Origin: a virus
Taxonomy: Duplodnaviria > Caudoviricetes
Strand: one strand, 5' to 3'
IMG/VR virus record: IMGVR_UViG_3300048783_000008
Coordinates: 1 to 43,326 of that record
DNA: 43,326 bases
This document shows, one piece after another, positions 1 to 8,903 of this stretch. Numbering within the stretch: the stretch's first letter is position 1; every line of letters begins with the position of its first letter. Both the position numbers and the translations under genes were made by a program. Below the pieces are notes generated by a model. It worked only from the letters and a program-made list of their open reading frames with translations. It was not told the origin of the DNA and ran no database searches.

Positions 1-34
1 GGGTTGCACCAATTGTCAAGCACCTTGACGCCCA

Positions 35-43
35 TGGTACGCT
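35..43 (+). promoter_or_regulatory. Putative extended -10 promoter element (TGgTACGCT) for the leftmost early genes
   Basis: CATGGTACGCT resembles the CATGGTATAAT (4743) and CATGGTACTAT (14773) elements; no well-spaced -35 found. Confidence 0.4.
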
Positions 44-144
44 CGAAGCGTGGAACACGCCGAGCGGCCGACTAGCGGGAACGGGCAGAACATCGCCCCA
101 AACGCACTAGTCGCTAACTCTGTACCGACTGAGAGGAATCACCA

Positions 145-315
145 ATGGTTCAACACCGTAACCTAGCCCGTAACGAACGGCTCGGAATCGACCCTAACGA
201 CTACTCCGATCCGTATGCCTGGCACGACAACTACCGCTCCGACTCCGATGACAACTACAGCAAGGAACCAAATGCCCGCATCTTTGACACCAGCAGGAAC
301 CCTTCCGATGACTGA
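145..315 (+). CDS. Small hypothetical protein (56 aa, MVQHRNLARNERLG...), not in ORF track
   Basis: ATG at 145 preceded by GAGAGGA; its TGA overlaps the ATG of the next gene (ATGACTGA, 308-315). Confidence 0.6.
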   Translation: MVQHRNLARNERLGIDPNDYSDPYAWHDNYRSDSDDNYSKEPNARIFDTSRNPSDD

Positions 316-1132
316 CACAACTACTAACCAAGCCGCTCGCCCCGACTTCGGAACACTCATCCCTAACCCAGCCGCTCGCATGCTGGTCGAATTGGCCTAC
401 GATGCGCACCAGGCCTACTGCTCTGCTCATTTCTCACGCTACGGCGTGGAGTCCGCTGGTCTAAAGGCGTGGCGTGAAGCGTTGAACACTGACGCCACAG
501 TCGAAGCACTAACCGACTTGCCTGCTTTCTCCGCCATAGACGAAATCGCACGGCTCAGTGAGTCCCCCGAGATGGTAGCGGCTCTAATCGTGGTCCTTAC
601 GGACACGCTCGCAAGCGCCAAGGCCAATCTGGCTGGACTCTACAGCACTCGGAACCGGACGGACGGACAAACCGCTTCCGATCCGGACGCCGATCCGGTT
701 GCGCTCCGAGACAACCTCGACTCCATGCTGGCAGCGTGTATTCCGCTCGCATCAACTCCGATGCTCGACTCAGACGCCCTCTGGTCAGTCTTCCCCCACC
801 GCACCGTAAAGTCTAAGTCTGGCAGCACAAGAGTCGTCTACGACGGCCCTCGCATTCCGACTACTCGGAACGTGTCACCGCTGCGGGCCAACGCACGCCT
901 TACACTTGTGACGCACAAGCCGGACGGCTCGACTACCGTTCACGATGACGTGAACTTCGGCGACAGTGTGAAACGTGAACTCCGGGCCGATATGTCCGAA
1001 CTACGTGAAATGACCGGAGGCTTCACGGCGGACACGCTCGGGAGCACGGACCCTGTCATCTTCGAACGGAACACCGGAGCACCTAACGGGGAGGTGGTTC
1101 GGTTCAGCATCGTAAAGCGTGACATCAACTAG
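308..1132 (+). CDS. Hypothetical early protein (274 aa; start revised from 215 to 308)
   Basis: Long ORF; AGCAGGA upstream of ATG308, coupled to the upstream small gene; followed by two hairpins. Confidence 0.8.
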   Translation: MTDTTTNQAARPDFGTLIPNPAARMLVELAYDAHQAYCSAHFSRYGVESAGLKAWREALNTDATVEALTDLPAFSAIDEIARLSESPEMVAALIVVLTDTLASAKANLAGLYSTRNRTDGQTASDPDADPVALRDNLDSMLAACIPLASTPMLDSDALWSVFPHRTVKSKSGSTRVVYDGPRIPTTRNVSPLRANARLTLVTHKPDGSTTVHDDVNFGDSVKRELRADMSELREMTGGFTADTLGSTDPVIFERNTGAPNGEVVRFSIVKRDIN

Positions 1133-1145
1133 TCCTAAGTGACCA

Positions 1146-1210
1146 CCCGCTAGGCAACGGGGCCTAGCGGGCGAAAGGCGGCTAACACCTAACAGTTAGC
1201 CGCCTTCCTT
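1146..1210 (+). terminator. Tandem hairpins, probable intrinsic terminator
   Basis: CCCGCTAGGC/GCCTAGCGGG (1146-1171) and AAGGCGGCTAAC/GTTAGCCGCCTT (1175-1206), followed by a pyrimidine-rich tract. Confidence 0.7.
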
Positions 1211-1290
1211 GGCTTTCTAGTAGGCCCTCACACCGCAACACTAACCCACTAACCCGACGGCACCCACTAATTGAAAGGCCCTCACACCAC

Positions 1291-1605
1291 ATGGACCCAG
1301 ACCAAACACTCGCCGAAATTCACTACTACCTAAATGAGGCCCAAGCCTCAGGAAATCTCTCAGAAGAGAACCAGAACCTGGTGCAAGCCAGCCAACTGTT
1401 CGAAGCCCTAGACGACTGGATTAGTAACGGCGGCTTCCTGCCTAGATTATGGACGGAGCGGGGCCGCCCAGTCGACACAGACACGCGTTGCGAACACGGC
1501 GATTGTTACGGCGCACGTTGTAACCGCACCGGTCGGGAAGGAGTAACCACTAGCAAGAACACGGTGCAAGCTGGTTCCTACAGGGCCACAAATACCACCG
1601 GCTAG
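1291..1605 (+). CDS. Hypothetical phage protein
   Basis: GAAAGG upstream; N-terminus MDPDQTL...LDDWISNGGFLPRLW resembles small early proteins of actinophages. Confidence 0.75.
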   Translation: MDPDQTLAEIHYYLNEAQASGNLSEENQNLVQASQLFEALDDWISNGGFLPRLWTERGRPVDTDTRCEHGDCYGARCNRTGREGVTTSKNTVQAGSYRATNTTG

Positions 1606-1666
1606 ACGCTGAAACGCAAGACGGCTACTCTATAGACGCTGAGGCGCTGACACGCTGAGACGCTGA
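1605..1666 (+). repeat. 8-bp repeats (consensus GACGCTGA): four in tandem plus one upstream
   Basis: GACGCTGA 1605-1612; GACGCTGA-GGCGCTGA-CACGCTGA-GACGCTGA 1635-1666. Confidence 0.85.
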
Positions 1667-1773
1667 ACATCTTCTATGGTGTCGCCGAAATCCACTACTA
1701 CCTAAGGTGTCAATCTAATCCTTGAGAGTAGCTTCTAATGCGTTCGGTATTAAACCCACAGGATTAAAAGCCT

Positions 1774-1809
1774 TGCACCCCACCAGTACCCTAAGGTACT
1801 GGGGGTGCA
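1774..1809. repeat. 15-bp inverted repeat / hairpin in a non-coding region
   Basis: TGCACCC-CA-CCAGTACC-ctaa-GGTACTGG-GGGTGCA. Confidence 0.85.
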
Positions 1810-2007
1810 TAAAAATACCCCATGCGAGCCCGCATGGCCCATGCACGAGCGTTTGCCCTGGTCAGAGGGGGTGCGGCCCCTGCATACTCACTGCATACTC
1901 GATGCATAGAATAGGCCATGAGGAAATGTGATGGCCCATGCGGAGTTTAATGTCACAGATTAGTCCACTAATAAGGAAATAAAACTCAATGCAATTAAGT
2001 CAATTCA

Positions 2008-2412
2008 ATGAAACTACATACAAGGAGTCCGTTAGCTATGAGTGAGACCTTTAGACGTCTAAAGCTAGTTGAGTTTCAACTCAGAGAGTTCGGCCCACAT
2101 AGCCAAACAGAACTCCTTGAACTACCAGGAATGGACATGAGTCAGCCGGGCCTATCAAGACTCCTGGCTTCCTACGGCTTCCCATCAAGGCTTCTACCGG
2201 CCAAGCTGTACCATATCAATGGTTGGCGGAAGCATTGGCCGCCCAATACCGGGGCCCTTATACGTCTAATCATCTGGGACTTAGCAACTGCACTAGATAA
2301 AGACCCAACTAGACCAGAAACTAATCGCATCCTAATAACCAAACTAGAAGGCTGGCTAAGGCACGCTCATAAACTAGCTGGCGACGAACTAGAGGAACCC
2401 GATGACGCCTGA
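2008..2412 (+). CDS. Putative HTH/winged-helix DNA-binding protein
   Basis: SQTELLELPGMDMSQPGLSRLL resembles an HTH (SQ..LSR recognition helix). Confidence 0.55.
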   Translation: MKLHTRSPLAMSETFRRLKLVEFQLREFGPHSQTELLELPGMDMSQPGLSRLLASYGFPSRLLPAKLYHINGWRKHWPPNTGALIRLIIWDLATALDKDPTRPETNRILITKLEGWLRHAHKLAGDELEEPDDA

Positions 2413-4432
2413 GGAACAGTTAGCCCAGCTGCACAAGCGTTGCGAGCCGCTGGCCGAAGCATTGGTCGAGCGGTACCGTGACTTTAGCCCGTACCCTCTC
2501 GGCCCAGACAAGCCGCCAACTAGCCAGCCTTTAGACCAGCGGCTGGTAGTATCCGACTCAGTTCAAACTACCGGCCCTGTAGGAACCCCCACACCCGAAA
2601 TTAATACGACCGAGCAAATAACTAATCTTTCTCTATCAATTGAGCAGAACCTAGCCTCGATTGATGTCCACCAGTCTGACATTAAACGACTCAACGAACT
2701 GATGGACCTAATGCTTAAGTTCAAGAATGAACTGCGTGAGAAGGTTCGTACAGAGGAGAGTAATCTAGAAGCTAATAAAGCTAAACTACGCATCACTAAG
2801 CTTAAGGAAGCTGAGGCTGCACTAGCTAATGAGCTAGCCCCTAACCTTGACGACCCTGAACTACAGAAGCTGATCGCAGCCTTCGAGCTTTGCCCATTCT
2901 ATGAGCGACTCGATGACTTTCAGATTGAAGATGTCGTCTGGATGCTAGATCGCTGGAACAAGACTAAGGACCAGAAGCCTGATCCTGGTAACTTGTTCCT
3001 TCGTGGCATAATCAACGCCAACGATACGGGTATGGGGAAAACCGTAGAAACGCTAGCCTTCCTGTGGGTTATGCGCCAGATCAACCCCAGTGCTCGCATC
3101 GTATGGTTCACGGCTGCCGCACTGGTTAAGGAAACGGCCCCGGAGGCTAGCACTAAGTGGGGATTCGATATGATCCCTGTATTTGGCTCCGCTGCAGAAC
3201 GCATTAACCTAATCAAGTTGATGCGTAACCTAGAGGGTTCAATTCCGCTCTCCCTCGTTATCAACTACGAGGCTATGAACCATAAGGCTATTAAGGAAGC
3301 CCTCACCAATGAGTGGGACTTCATCGTAATTGATGAGGTCCATAAGCTCCGAGGTGGCGCCAACTATCGGCCTACTCAGATGTGGGAGAACTTCAAGAAT
3401 TTCAAGATTGAGAGCAACGCCTTCCCAGTAATGCTGAGCGGCTCAATCATCAACAACCAACCTAAGGAACTCTGGTCCTATCTGCACCCGATGGATCCGT
3501 TGCGTTGGCCGGACGTTTGGGAGTTCGACCAGATGATGAAGACTGGACTCTTTGGCTCAAAGAAGCTAATGGAGATCTTAGCTCCATCAATGTTCCGACG
3601 CACTAAGGCAGACGTGAAGATCAAGATGCCTGAGCGTATCGTAACACCACACAAGATTGAGCTTGACCCGACAAGCGACCTCTACCGCATCTACCACGAG
3701 ATGGAAGATGAAATGATGTCCTGGCTTGAGAACCAGGAAGGTCAGAAAGTTAATGTCGCATTCAAGTCAATCCTCGATCAGTTGATTAGGCTGCGTGCGG
3801 TACTAGTGGCACCAGGCCATATCAAGGTGAAGCGAGTAATAGTAGACGACAATACTGGCGAGACGACAACTGTCGAGGAACAACTAAACACTGGCGCACC
3901 ACAGAAGCTAGAGTACGCTGCCGAACTTATGAATGACCTTCTTAACGAGGGCCAGCAAGTAGTAGTTGCAAGCTCTGGTTTCAAGGCTCCACTCGATTGG
4001 CTGTACGATGCAATCGACCCTCGTTTCAAGGCCGAGAAGTTGTATGGCGGCAACGCCAAGAATGGTGGTGATATCGCTCAGCGTTTCCGTCAGGCCGAAA
4101 CTCAAGTAATCCTGACTAACTTGCAGAGCGGCGCACTCGGATTTAACCTGCACCGTACAAACGAGTGGCCCGGTGGTGCAGAACACCTTATAATGGTTGA
4201 TGATTGGTACAACCCTGAGCTAGTTCGCCAGCAATGGGACCGTGTTTGGCGGAGAGGCTCAACGAACAGAGTAATCATCCATCTAATCCAGGTGGATAAC
4301 TCAGTCGATCAGTTCGTACAGGCCATAAGAGAACAGAAGGCACTGAATAACTCCAAGATTACAGAATCGACCACGCTTAAGGCCGGCGACTGGATCCACG
4401 AACTCAAGAAGGCATTCGGAAGGGATAAGTAA
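2402..4432 (+). CDS. SNF2-family (SF2) helicase/ATPase with N-terminal coiled coil
   Basis: Walker A NDTGMGKT, DEVH box, LSGS, MFRRTK, GFNL and motif VI-like QQWDRVWRRG. Confidence 0.92.
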   Translation: MTPEEQLAQLHKRCEPLAEALVERYRDFSPYPLGPDKPPTSQPLDQRLVVSDSVQTTGPVGTPTPEINTTEQITNLSLSIEQNLASIDVHQSDIKRLNELMDLMLKFKNELREKVRTEESNLEANKAKLRITKLKEAEAALANELAPNLDDPELQKLIAAFELCPFYERLDDFQIEDVVWMLDRWNKTKDQKPDPGNLFLRGIINANDTGMGKTVETLAFLWVMRQINPSARIVWFTAAALVKETAPEASTKWGFDMIPVFGSAAERINLIKLMRNLEGSIPLSLVINYEAMNHKAIKEALTNEWDFIVIDEVHKLRGGANYRPTQMWENFKNFKIESNAFPVMLSGSIINNQPKELWSYLHPMDPLRWPDVWEFDQMMKTGLFGSKKLMEILAPSMFRRTKADVKIKMPERIVTPHKIELDPTSDLYRIYHEMEDEMMSWLENQEGQKVNVAFKSILDQLIRLRAVLVAPGHIKVKRVIVDDNTGETTTVEEQLNTGAPQKLEYAAELMNDLLNEGQQVVVASSGFKAPLDWLYDAIDPRFKAEKLYGGNAKNGGDIAQRFRQAETQVILTNLQSGALGFNLHRTNEWPGGAEHLIMVDDWYNPELVRQQWDRVWRRGSTNRVIIHLIQVDNSVDQFVQAIREQKALNNSKITESTTLKAGDWIHELKKAFGRDK

Positions 4433-4458
4433 ATGAACACCGGAGGAGGCTTCGCGTA

Positions 4459-4686
4459 ATGAGCACGACCGAGGAACGAGAAGCACAGTTAGTTAAGTGG
4501 CGGGCCGCGCTACTTGAGAATGGAGTAAGCCAAGACACGATAGCTACACTAGAACGCCACGGAGCTTCCATAGTGCCAGAATGGAAGAAGAACATTAAGT
4601 ACACGTGCTATATGCTCCTAATTATGGCGGCTATTTGCCTGATCTGTGCAGCCATCGGGCCAGCCATATTTGGGCCGCCAGCGTAG
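4459..4686 (+). CDS. Small membrane protein
   Basis: GGAGGAGG SD; C-terminal hydrophobic helix. Confidence 0.75.
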   Translation: MSTTEEREAQLVKWRAALLENGVSQDTIATLERHGASIVPEWKKNIKYTCYMLLIMAAICLICAAIGPAIFGPPA

Positions 4687-4731
4687 AAGTACCTGGCTAA
4701 GAAGTACCTGACTTAGAAGTACCTGGCTAAG
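4685..4731 (+). repeat. Three 15-bp tandem direct repeats overlapping the -35 position of a promoter
   Basis: AGAAGTACCTGGCTA / AGAAGTACCTGACTT / AGAAGTACCTGGCTA. Confidence 0.9.
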
Positions 4732-4743
4732 TTAGTATTGGCA

Positions 4744-4752
4744 TGGTATAAT
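4744..4752 (+). promoter_or_regulatory. Extended -10 promoter (TGgTATAAT)
   Basis: Perfect TGnTATAAT in intergenic DNA upstream of a run of small genes. Confidence 0.75.
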
Positions 4753-4823
4753 ACAACCTCACGCCGGTCTCGGATCGGCCAGCTGAAAGGCTGGCCCTTC
4801 CCAGGCTTACGGAAAGGAAAGCT

Positions 4824-4949
4824 GTGAAAGGAAAACTAGTGTCGAGAGTAGTTGTTTGCCTTGGAGCGGCCACCGCTTACCTTGGAGCCGTCGTCTTTGT
4901 GGCTAAGTGCATACGTTACGGTATGGGCGGTAAGGAGAACCCTACCTGA
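4824..4949 (+). CDS. Small single-TM protein (41 aa), not in ORF track
   Basis: GAAAGGA SD, GTG start; MKGKLVSRVVVCLGAATAYLGAVVFVAKCIRYGMGGKENPT. Confidence 0.6.
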   Translation: MKGKLVSRVVVCLGAATAYLGAVVFVAKCIRYGMGGKENPT

Positions 4950-5011
4950 ACAGTAGGCCGAGAGGCATCGGCCCAGCCCATCAATACTTGAAGCCCATCA
5001 GTAGGTGACAC

Positions 5012-5278
5012 ATGAGCCGTGTTCAGAGAAAGACTAGTTATTTGCTCGATCGAGTGTACCCTTGTTATAGGTATCAGCTTCGCAAGAGATGGGAGAGGGT
5101 ATTGCGGGGCGTGGTGTGGAGACTGCCTCGTTCGCTGGTGATGTGGTCGACAGTGCGAGTTATCCTCCATGCCTCTAACGGACCGTACGCAAACCAAGTC
5201 ATACCGGAACTCACAGCAATGGAAGCATTGAAGCGGTGGGATGACACGAACAGTAGGCCGAGAGACTACACCAAGTAG
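5012..5278 (+). CDS. Hypothetical protein
   Basis: AGGTGA SD; ORF in the early cluster. Confidence 0.7.
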   Translation: MSRVQRKTSYLLDRVYPCYRYQLRKRWERVLRGVVWRLPRSLVMWSTVRVILHASNGPYANQVIPELTAMEALKRWDDTNSRPRDYTK

Positions 5279-5431
5279 TTAGGTTGAGTAGGCCGACCAA
5301 TTGCCGGCCTGTAGGAACCCCTCCTTCCGAAATTTAGACCCTGTTTCGATTAAGAAATGGCTTTGCACCACACTAGTTACCTGAGGGTGCTACTCTCAAG
5401 GTACTGGCTACTACAACTGGAGTAATTAATC

Positions 5432-5680
5432 GTGCCCATGCCCATAGGATACGACGATAAAGAGGAACAAATTCTTGACTTAGCCGAAATGTTAGTCCAG
5501 TTACAGGCCGATCTTACGGCCACCGAGGAGTTACACCTAACCCAGCGTAAGGCTCGTCGTGTTCTGGTTACTAAGATGCACTGCGAGTACGGCCTAACTT
5601 ATAGGCAGCTGGGCTCGTTGCTTGGTATAAGCCATGCCCGTGTAGAGAACATTGTTAATGGTTCTTCGCCTAAGCGCTAA
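5432..5680 (+). CDS. HTH DNA-binding protein
   Basis: C-terminal GLTYRQLGSLLGISHARVENIV is a typical HTH; GGAG SD. Confidence 0.75.
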   Translation: MPMPIGYDDKEEQILDLAEMLVQLQADLTATEELHLTQRKARRVLVTKMHCEYGLTYRQLGSLLGISHARVENIVNGSSPKR

Positions 5681-5710
5681 CATCGACACGCTAGCCAGGA
5701 GGCTCTTCCG

Positions 5711-5890
5711 ATGACGCGTGACGAAACTATTGAGTACCTGAGGCACCGCATCGAGGTATCTCGCGACCAGGAACGTGAGCTAACACAGAATGTTCTCGCC
5801 TCAGCGGCGTTAGTGACCGTGCGTAAACAGATCGGCTACTACGAGGCCGACCTTCGCGTCTTGCTCAAGGCGTCGTATCGTGTCTTCTAA
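5711..5890 (+). CDS. Hypothetical protein (59 aa), not in ORF track
   Basis: AGGAGG SD then ATG; MTRDETIEYLRHRIEVSRDQ...; overlaps the next start. Confidence 0.7.
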   Translation: MTRDETIEYLRHRIEVSRDQERELTQNVLASAALVTVRKQIGYYEADLRVLLKASYRVF

Positions 5891-6170
5891 ACCCACTAAG
5901 GCTCTGTCTTCTGAGCTGAACTGGATCGTAGTCGATCGGCCAGGCGACTACCCGCTAATCGAGCGCACAGATAAATCACTTGGCGTTCAGCCGTGTGGCT
6001 GTTGTGTCGTTTACCATACCGAACAAGCTGCGGTATGGACTGCGCTTAATCGTACGCTCGATTACCGATCGAACATTAGGCGTGAGCTAACTTCGGCTAA
6101 CCGTGCAGTTGAAAGCCTCCTTGATAGACTTAAGCGGAAGGAGAAGGCCATTCGTGCCCGAGAAAGTTAA
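5880..6170 (+). CDS. Hypothetical protein
   Basis: Tightly packed ORF. Confidence 0.65.
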   Translation: MSSKPTKALSSELNWIVVDRPGDYPLIERTDKSLGVQPCGCCVVYHTEQAAVWTALNRTLDYRSNIRRELTSANRAVESLLDRLKRKEKAIRARES

Positions 6171-6702
6171 AACAGATTGGAAGGTGGTTGCACGTTCAGC
6201 CACCGTGCTGGCTAACATCGACACGCTCCTTACTTCGGCACCGTTCGACGCCGAGGCACTTATAGATCACCCAAACCAATTGGTAGTTAAAGTTAGTAGC
6301 GACGCTAGTGTTGGGCACCTTGACGACCAGTTGACTTATTCCTTTAGAAGCTTTGAGCATAGTAGGTCTATGTACATCGCTACGTGCTGGAAGTGTTATC
6401 GCTTTCTTAAAGAAGAAGCACCTAGAGAGAACCTTGGTTTGTGCTCAGTGTGCTGGGAGAACGGAGAGGACACTCCGAATAACGACCCACACCTTGTTAC
6501 TGATTCAACTTACGAGATGCATGGGGATGTATTCTTTCGTCCAGAACACCACGCCCATATAGGCCCCATGTACTCGTTTGATAAGAACACAGGTGCTTGG
6601 GACAACCTTGTTGAAAGGGAGGGTTGGCATAGAGTCTATCTAGATGAATACGAAGAAGCGCATTACGTGCCGTACACACTATGGGAGATTTGTCCAATCT
6701 GA
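6154..6702 (+). CDS. Hypothetical protein with CxxC...CxxC Zn-finger (start revised to GTG 6154)
   Basis: CWKC...CSVC; GGAGAAGG upstream of the in-frame GTG. Confidence 0.65.
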   Translation: MPEKVKTDWKVVARSATVLANIDTLLTSAPFDAEALIDHPNQLVVKVSSDASVGHLDDQLTYSFRSFEHSRSMYIATCWKCYRFLKEEAPRENLGLCSVCWENGEDTPNNDPHLVTDSTYEMHGDVFFRPEHHAHIGPMYSFDKNTGAWDNLVEREGWHRVYLDEYEEAHYVPYTLWEICPI

Positions 6703-6908
6703 TGCCTAGCAAATTTGAACTGTCTACAGATGTTGGGTTAGATCAAATACTGTGGGCAGGTTATAGAGAACGTAGGGAGTTCCCCGATGTGTCAACTATA
6801 GCTGACTTCTTTTCTGGAATGCTTGTGGTTTATTCTTACGTGACCAAGCTCGATAAGTCTACGATTATGGACGGACTGCGAGCGTTCTATCAGGAGTCTA
6901 ATGCCTAG
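6702..6908 (+). CDS. Hypothetical protein (start revised to 6702)
   Basis: TGATG coupling with the upstream stop. Confidence 0.6.
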   Translation: MPSKFELSTDVGLDQILWAGYRERREFPDVSTIADFFSGMLVVYSYVTKLDKSTIMDGLRAFYQESNA

Positions 6909-7089
6909 AAAATCTGAGCAAGGCGTTTGGAAGTACGGTATAAATTACGACACCTACATAAAGGTTGACACCGACATTACCATTATTAAAGATGAGGGCA
7001 TTTGGTACATGTTTGATGGCGATTCCTTCCTTGGTAAGGATGAGAATATCTGGAACTTAATGAAGGCGAGTGATAAAGGAGAGGAGTAG
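6901..7089 (+). CDS. Hypothetical protein
   Basis: AGGAG SD; coupled ORF. Confidence 0.65.
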   Translation: MPRKSEQGVWKYGINYDTYIKVDTDITIIKDEGIWYMFDGDSFLGKDENIWNLMKASDKGEE

Positions 7090-7343
7090 TGACGCAGAGC
7101 ATTCAATGCTCTAAATGTAGGAGGTTTCGCACTGAGGGTTACCGTACCGCCGCATACGGTTTCGTCTGTTCTGACTGTTTAAGTGACGATGAATTTAACG
7201 ACAGTAAAAGGGGGCCGGCCTCCCATAAAGATCACAAAGAAATGCACGAAGACATCACGGCTTACGAATTTACAATAGCCATGTTGCCTGACGAACAGTT
7301 CAGTGAAATGGTCTTCGACGAATTGAGTAAACCGGATGACTGA
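7089..7343 (+). CDS. Small Zn-finger protein
   Basis: CSKC...CSDC; GAGGAG SD. Confidence 0.65.
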   Translation: MTQSIQCSKCRRFRTEGYRTAAYGFVCSDCLSDDEFNDSKRGPASHKDHKEMHEDITAYEFTIAMLPDEQFSEMVFDELSKPDD

Positions 7344-7596
7344 TACAGAAACTAATTGGCGGGCTAGTCGTAGCCAGAATATGGCTATTTACCCAGAGAT
7401 TGGCCGCATTCGAGAAGGCCCTTACGATGAGTGGCTTCTAATTCGGATCAGTCCTTATCGAACAAGCAACTCAATTCACGAGGATATGCAGGTCTTGGCC
7501 GACTCCCTCATGATACAGTTTGATAACGACAGAGAGACAATAAAATTTAGTCTCAAGAACGTAGATAGAAAGATTTACGCCAAGAAGACCAACTGA
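7336..7596 (+). CDS. Hypothetical protein
   Basis: Coupled ORF. Confidence 0.6.
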   Translation: MTDTETNWRASRSQNMAIYPEIGRIREGPYDEWLLIRISPYRTSNSIHEDMQVLADSLMIQFDNDRETIKFSLKNVDRKIYAKKTN

Positions 7597-7787
7597 TGTA
7601 CTACTACACGATTGGCATAACCAAGGCCTCAGCAAGTAGCGCTGATATGGAACTCGGTGAAGTGTTCGATTTCTTAGAGTCTGAATTACCAGGTCCATTA
7701 ACCTCAGTCACAATCTATGAGGAAGAACTCTACTGGAGAGTGGTAGGAGTCAGTGCGTCATCAAAGGTGGCTCGAACTAGCGATTGA
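7596..7787 (+). CDS. Hypothetical protein
   Basis: TGATG coupling. Confidence 0.6.
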   Translation: MYYYTIGITKASASSADMELGEVFDFLESELPGPLTSVTIYEEELYWRVVGVSASSKVARTSD

Positions 7788-8148
7788 AATAGCCAAGAAG
7801 AATGACAACATTCAGCACAAGCACGGAGCCGTACTAGTATGTAGCGGCCGAGTGCTTAGTGTTGGATGGAATACAGAGCGACGGGGTTACTACCCTAGTC
7901 GTCACGCTGAATGGCACGCAGTAAGAGACCACCTTGATGACAAAGCAACTCTCTACGTCGCTCGGGTAACTAAGAGCGGCCACATAGCTAATAGTTCACC
8001 GTGTTGCAGGTGCATGGAACAACTAATGCACTACACTAAAGTTAAGGAGGTTTGGTTTACGTTAGAGCCAGGCATTGCTAGTTCATTCGATTTGTGTAAC
8101 GCTAGAAATGAAATGAGAAATGGCTACAAACCTGCTATTCGTGTTTAG
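7753..8148 (+). CDS. Zinc-dependent cytidine/dCMP deaminase-fold protein
   Basis: HGAVLV...GWN...HAE...LYVAR...PCCRC signature. Confidence 0.85.
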   Translation: MRHQRWLELAIEIAKKNDNIQHKHGAVLVCSGRVLSVGWNTERRGYYPSRHAEWHAVRDHLDDKATLYVARVTKSGHIANSSPCCRCMEQLMHYTKVKEVWFTLEPGIASSFDLCNARNEMRNGYKPAIRV

Positions 8149-8827
8149 GATTAATGAAGATGGTTCACAAACAACTCTCGTTAAGGCAGAAGTTGATCAC
8201 ACTGTCAGCTGGGAAGAACTCGTTCAGTGGGGACAGGACAATCTTCCAGGTGACTGTGGGCGATTCCAGATTGACGCTGTTAACCAAGAAACGGTCAACG
8301 CCCAGTTCCCAGGAAGTCCTGATTACGCTGCGTTGCAGTGGGGACTTTGGCAAGCGAACACTGTTGGTAGCCCCGCAATTGAAAATCTCGGTGGTACGTA
8401 CACAAACGCAGTTCTCACAGTCAAGGAATGCGAAACCCCACCGACATCAACTACAACGCAGCAAGTAACATCAACTACTTCAACTAGTACAACGCAGCAA
8501 GTAACAACCACTACCACAACAGTAGCGCCGACAGCGCCAACCACTACCGCGGCTCCGGCTCCAACTGTAACCACTCAAGCTGTTGACGCCGCACCCACTC
8601 AAGCTGTTGACATTGCACACGATTGCGTATGGGATTCAATCTCTAGCCGATTCCATGCAGCTAACGGTGAGTACATGCTTAACTCTCAGTGTGGAGTAGC
8701 GACCAGGGAGGCTTTCCCTGTTACCGGAGTCACCGACGCTGGTCCGCTGGCTATTATCGCAATCCTAGTTATCATTCTAGGAGCGGCCTGTCTGGCGACG
8801 GCACGCAAGGTTTGGGGTCGAGCCTGA
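8120..8827 (+). CDS. Thr-rich surface protein with LPxTG-like sorting signal
   Basis: Thr/Pro/Ala linker, then FPVTG, a hydrophobic helix and a basic tail (ARKVWGRA). Confidence 0.75.
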   Translation: MATNLLFVFRINEDGSQTTLVKAEVDHTVSWEELVQWGQDNLPGDCGRFQIDAVNQETVNAQFPGSPDYAALQWGLWQANTVGSPAIENLGGTYTNAVLTVKECETPPTSTTTQQVTSTTSTSTTQQVTTTTTTVAPTAPTTTAAPAPTVTTQAVDAAPTQAVDIAHDCVWDSISSRFHAANGEYMLNSQCGVATREAFPVTGVTDAGPLAIIAILVIILGAACLATARKVWGRA

Positions 8828-8837
8828 TACAAACTTC

Positions 8838-8866
8838 TTGACAAGTTAAGACTGGCGTGAGATAAT
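8838..8866 (+). promoter_or_regulatory. SigA/sigma70-type promoter
   Basis: TTGACA (8838) - 17 bp - GATAAT (8861), with extended TG. Confidence 0.8.
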
Positions 8867-8903
8867 ACGTTCTTAGCACCACCCAACTAACCAAGGAAAT
8901 TGA

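Noticed and set aside
215-307. ORF-track N-terminal extension MPGTTTTAPT...
   Set aside because: Better explained as the alternate frame of the SD-led small gene 145-315; ATG308 has its own SD and coupling.
4685-4731. Mini-CRISPR or TIGR-like array (given the Cas4-like nuclease)
   Set aside because: The repeats are contiguous with no spacers; the nuclease sits in a standard recombination module.
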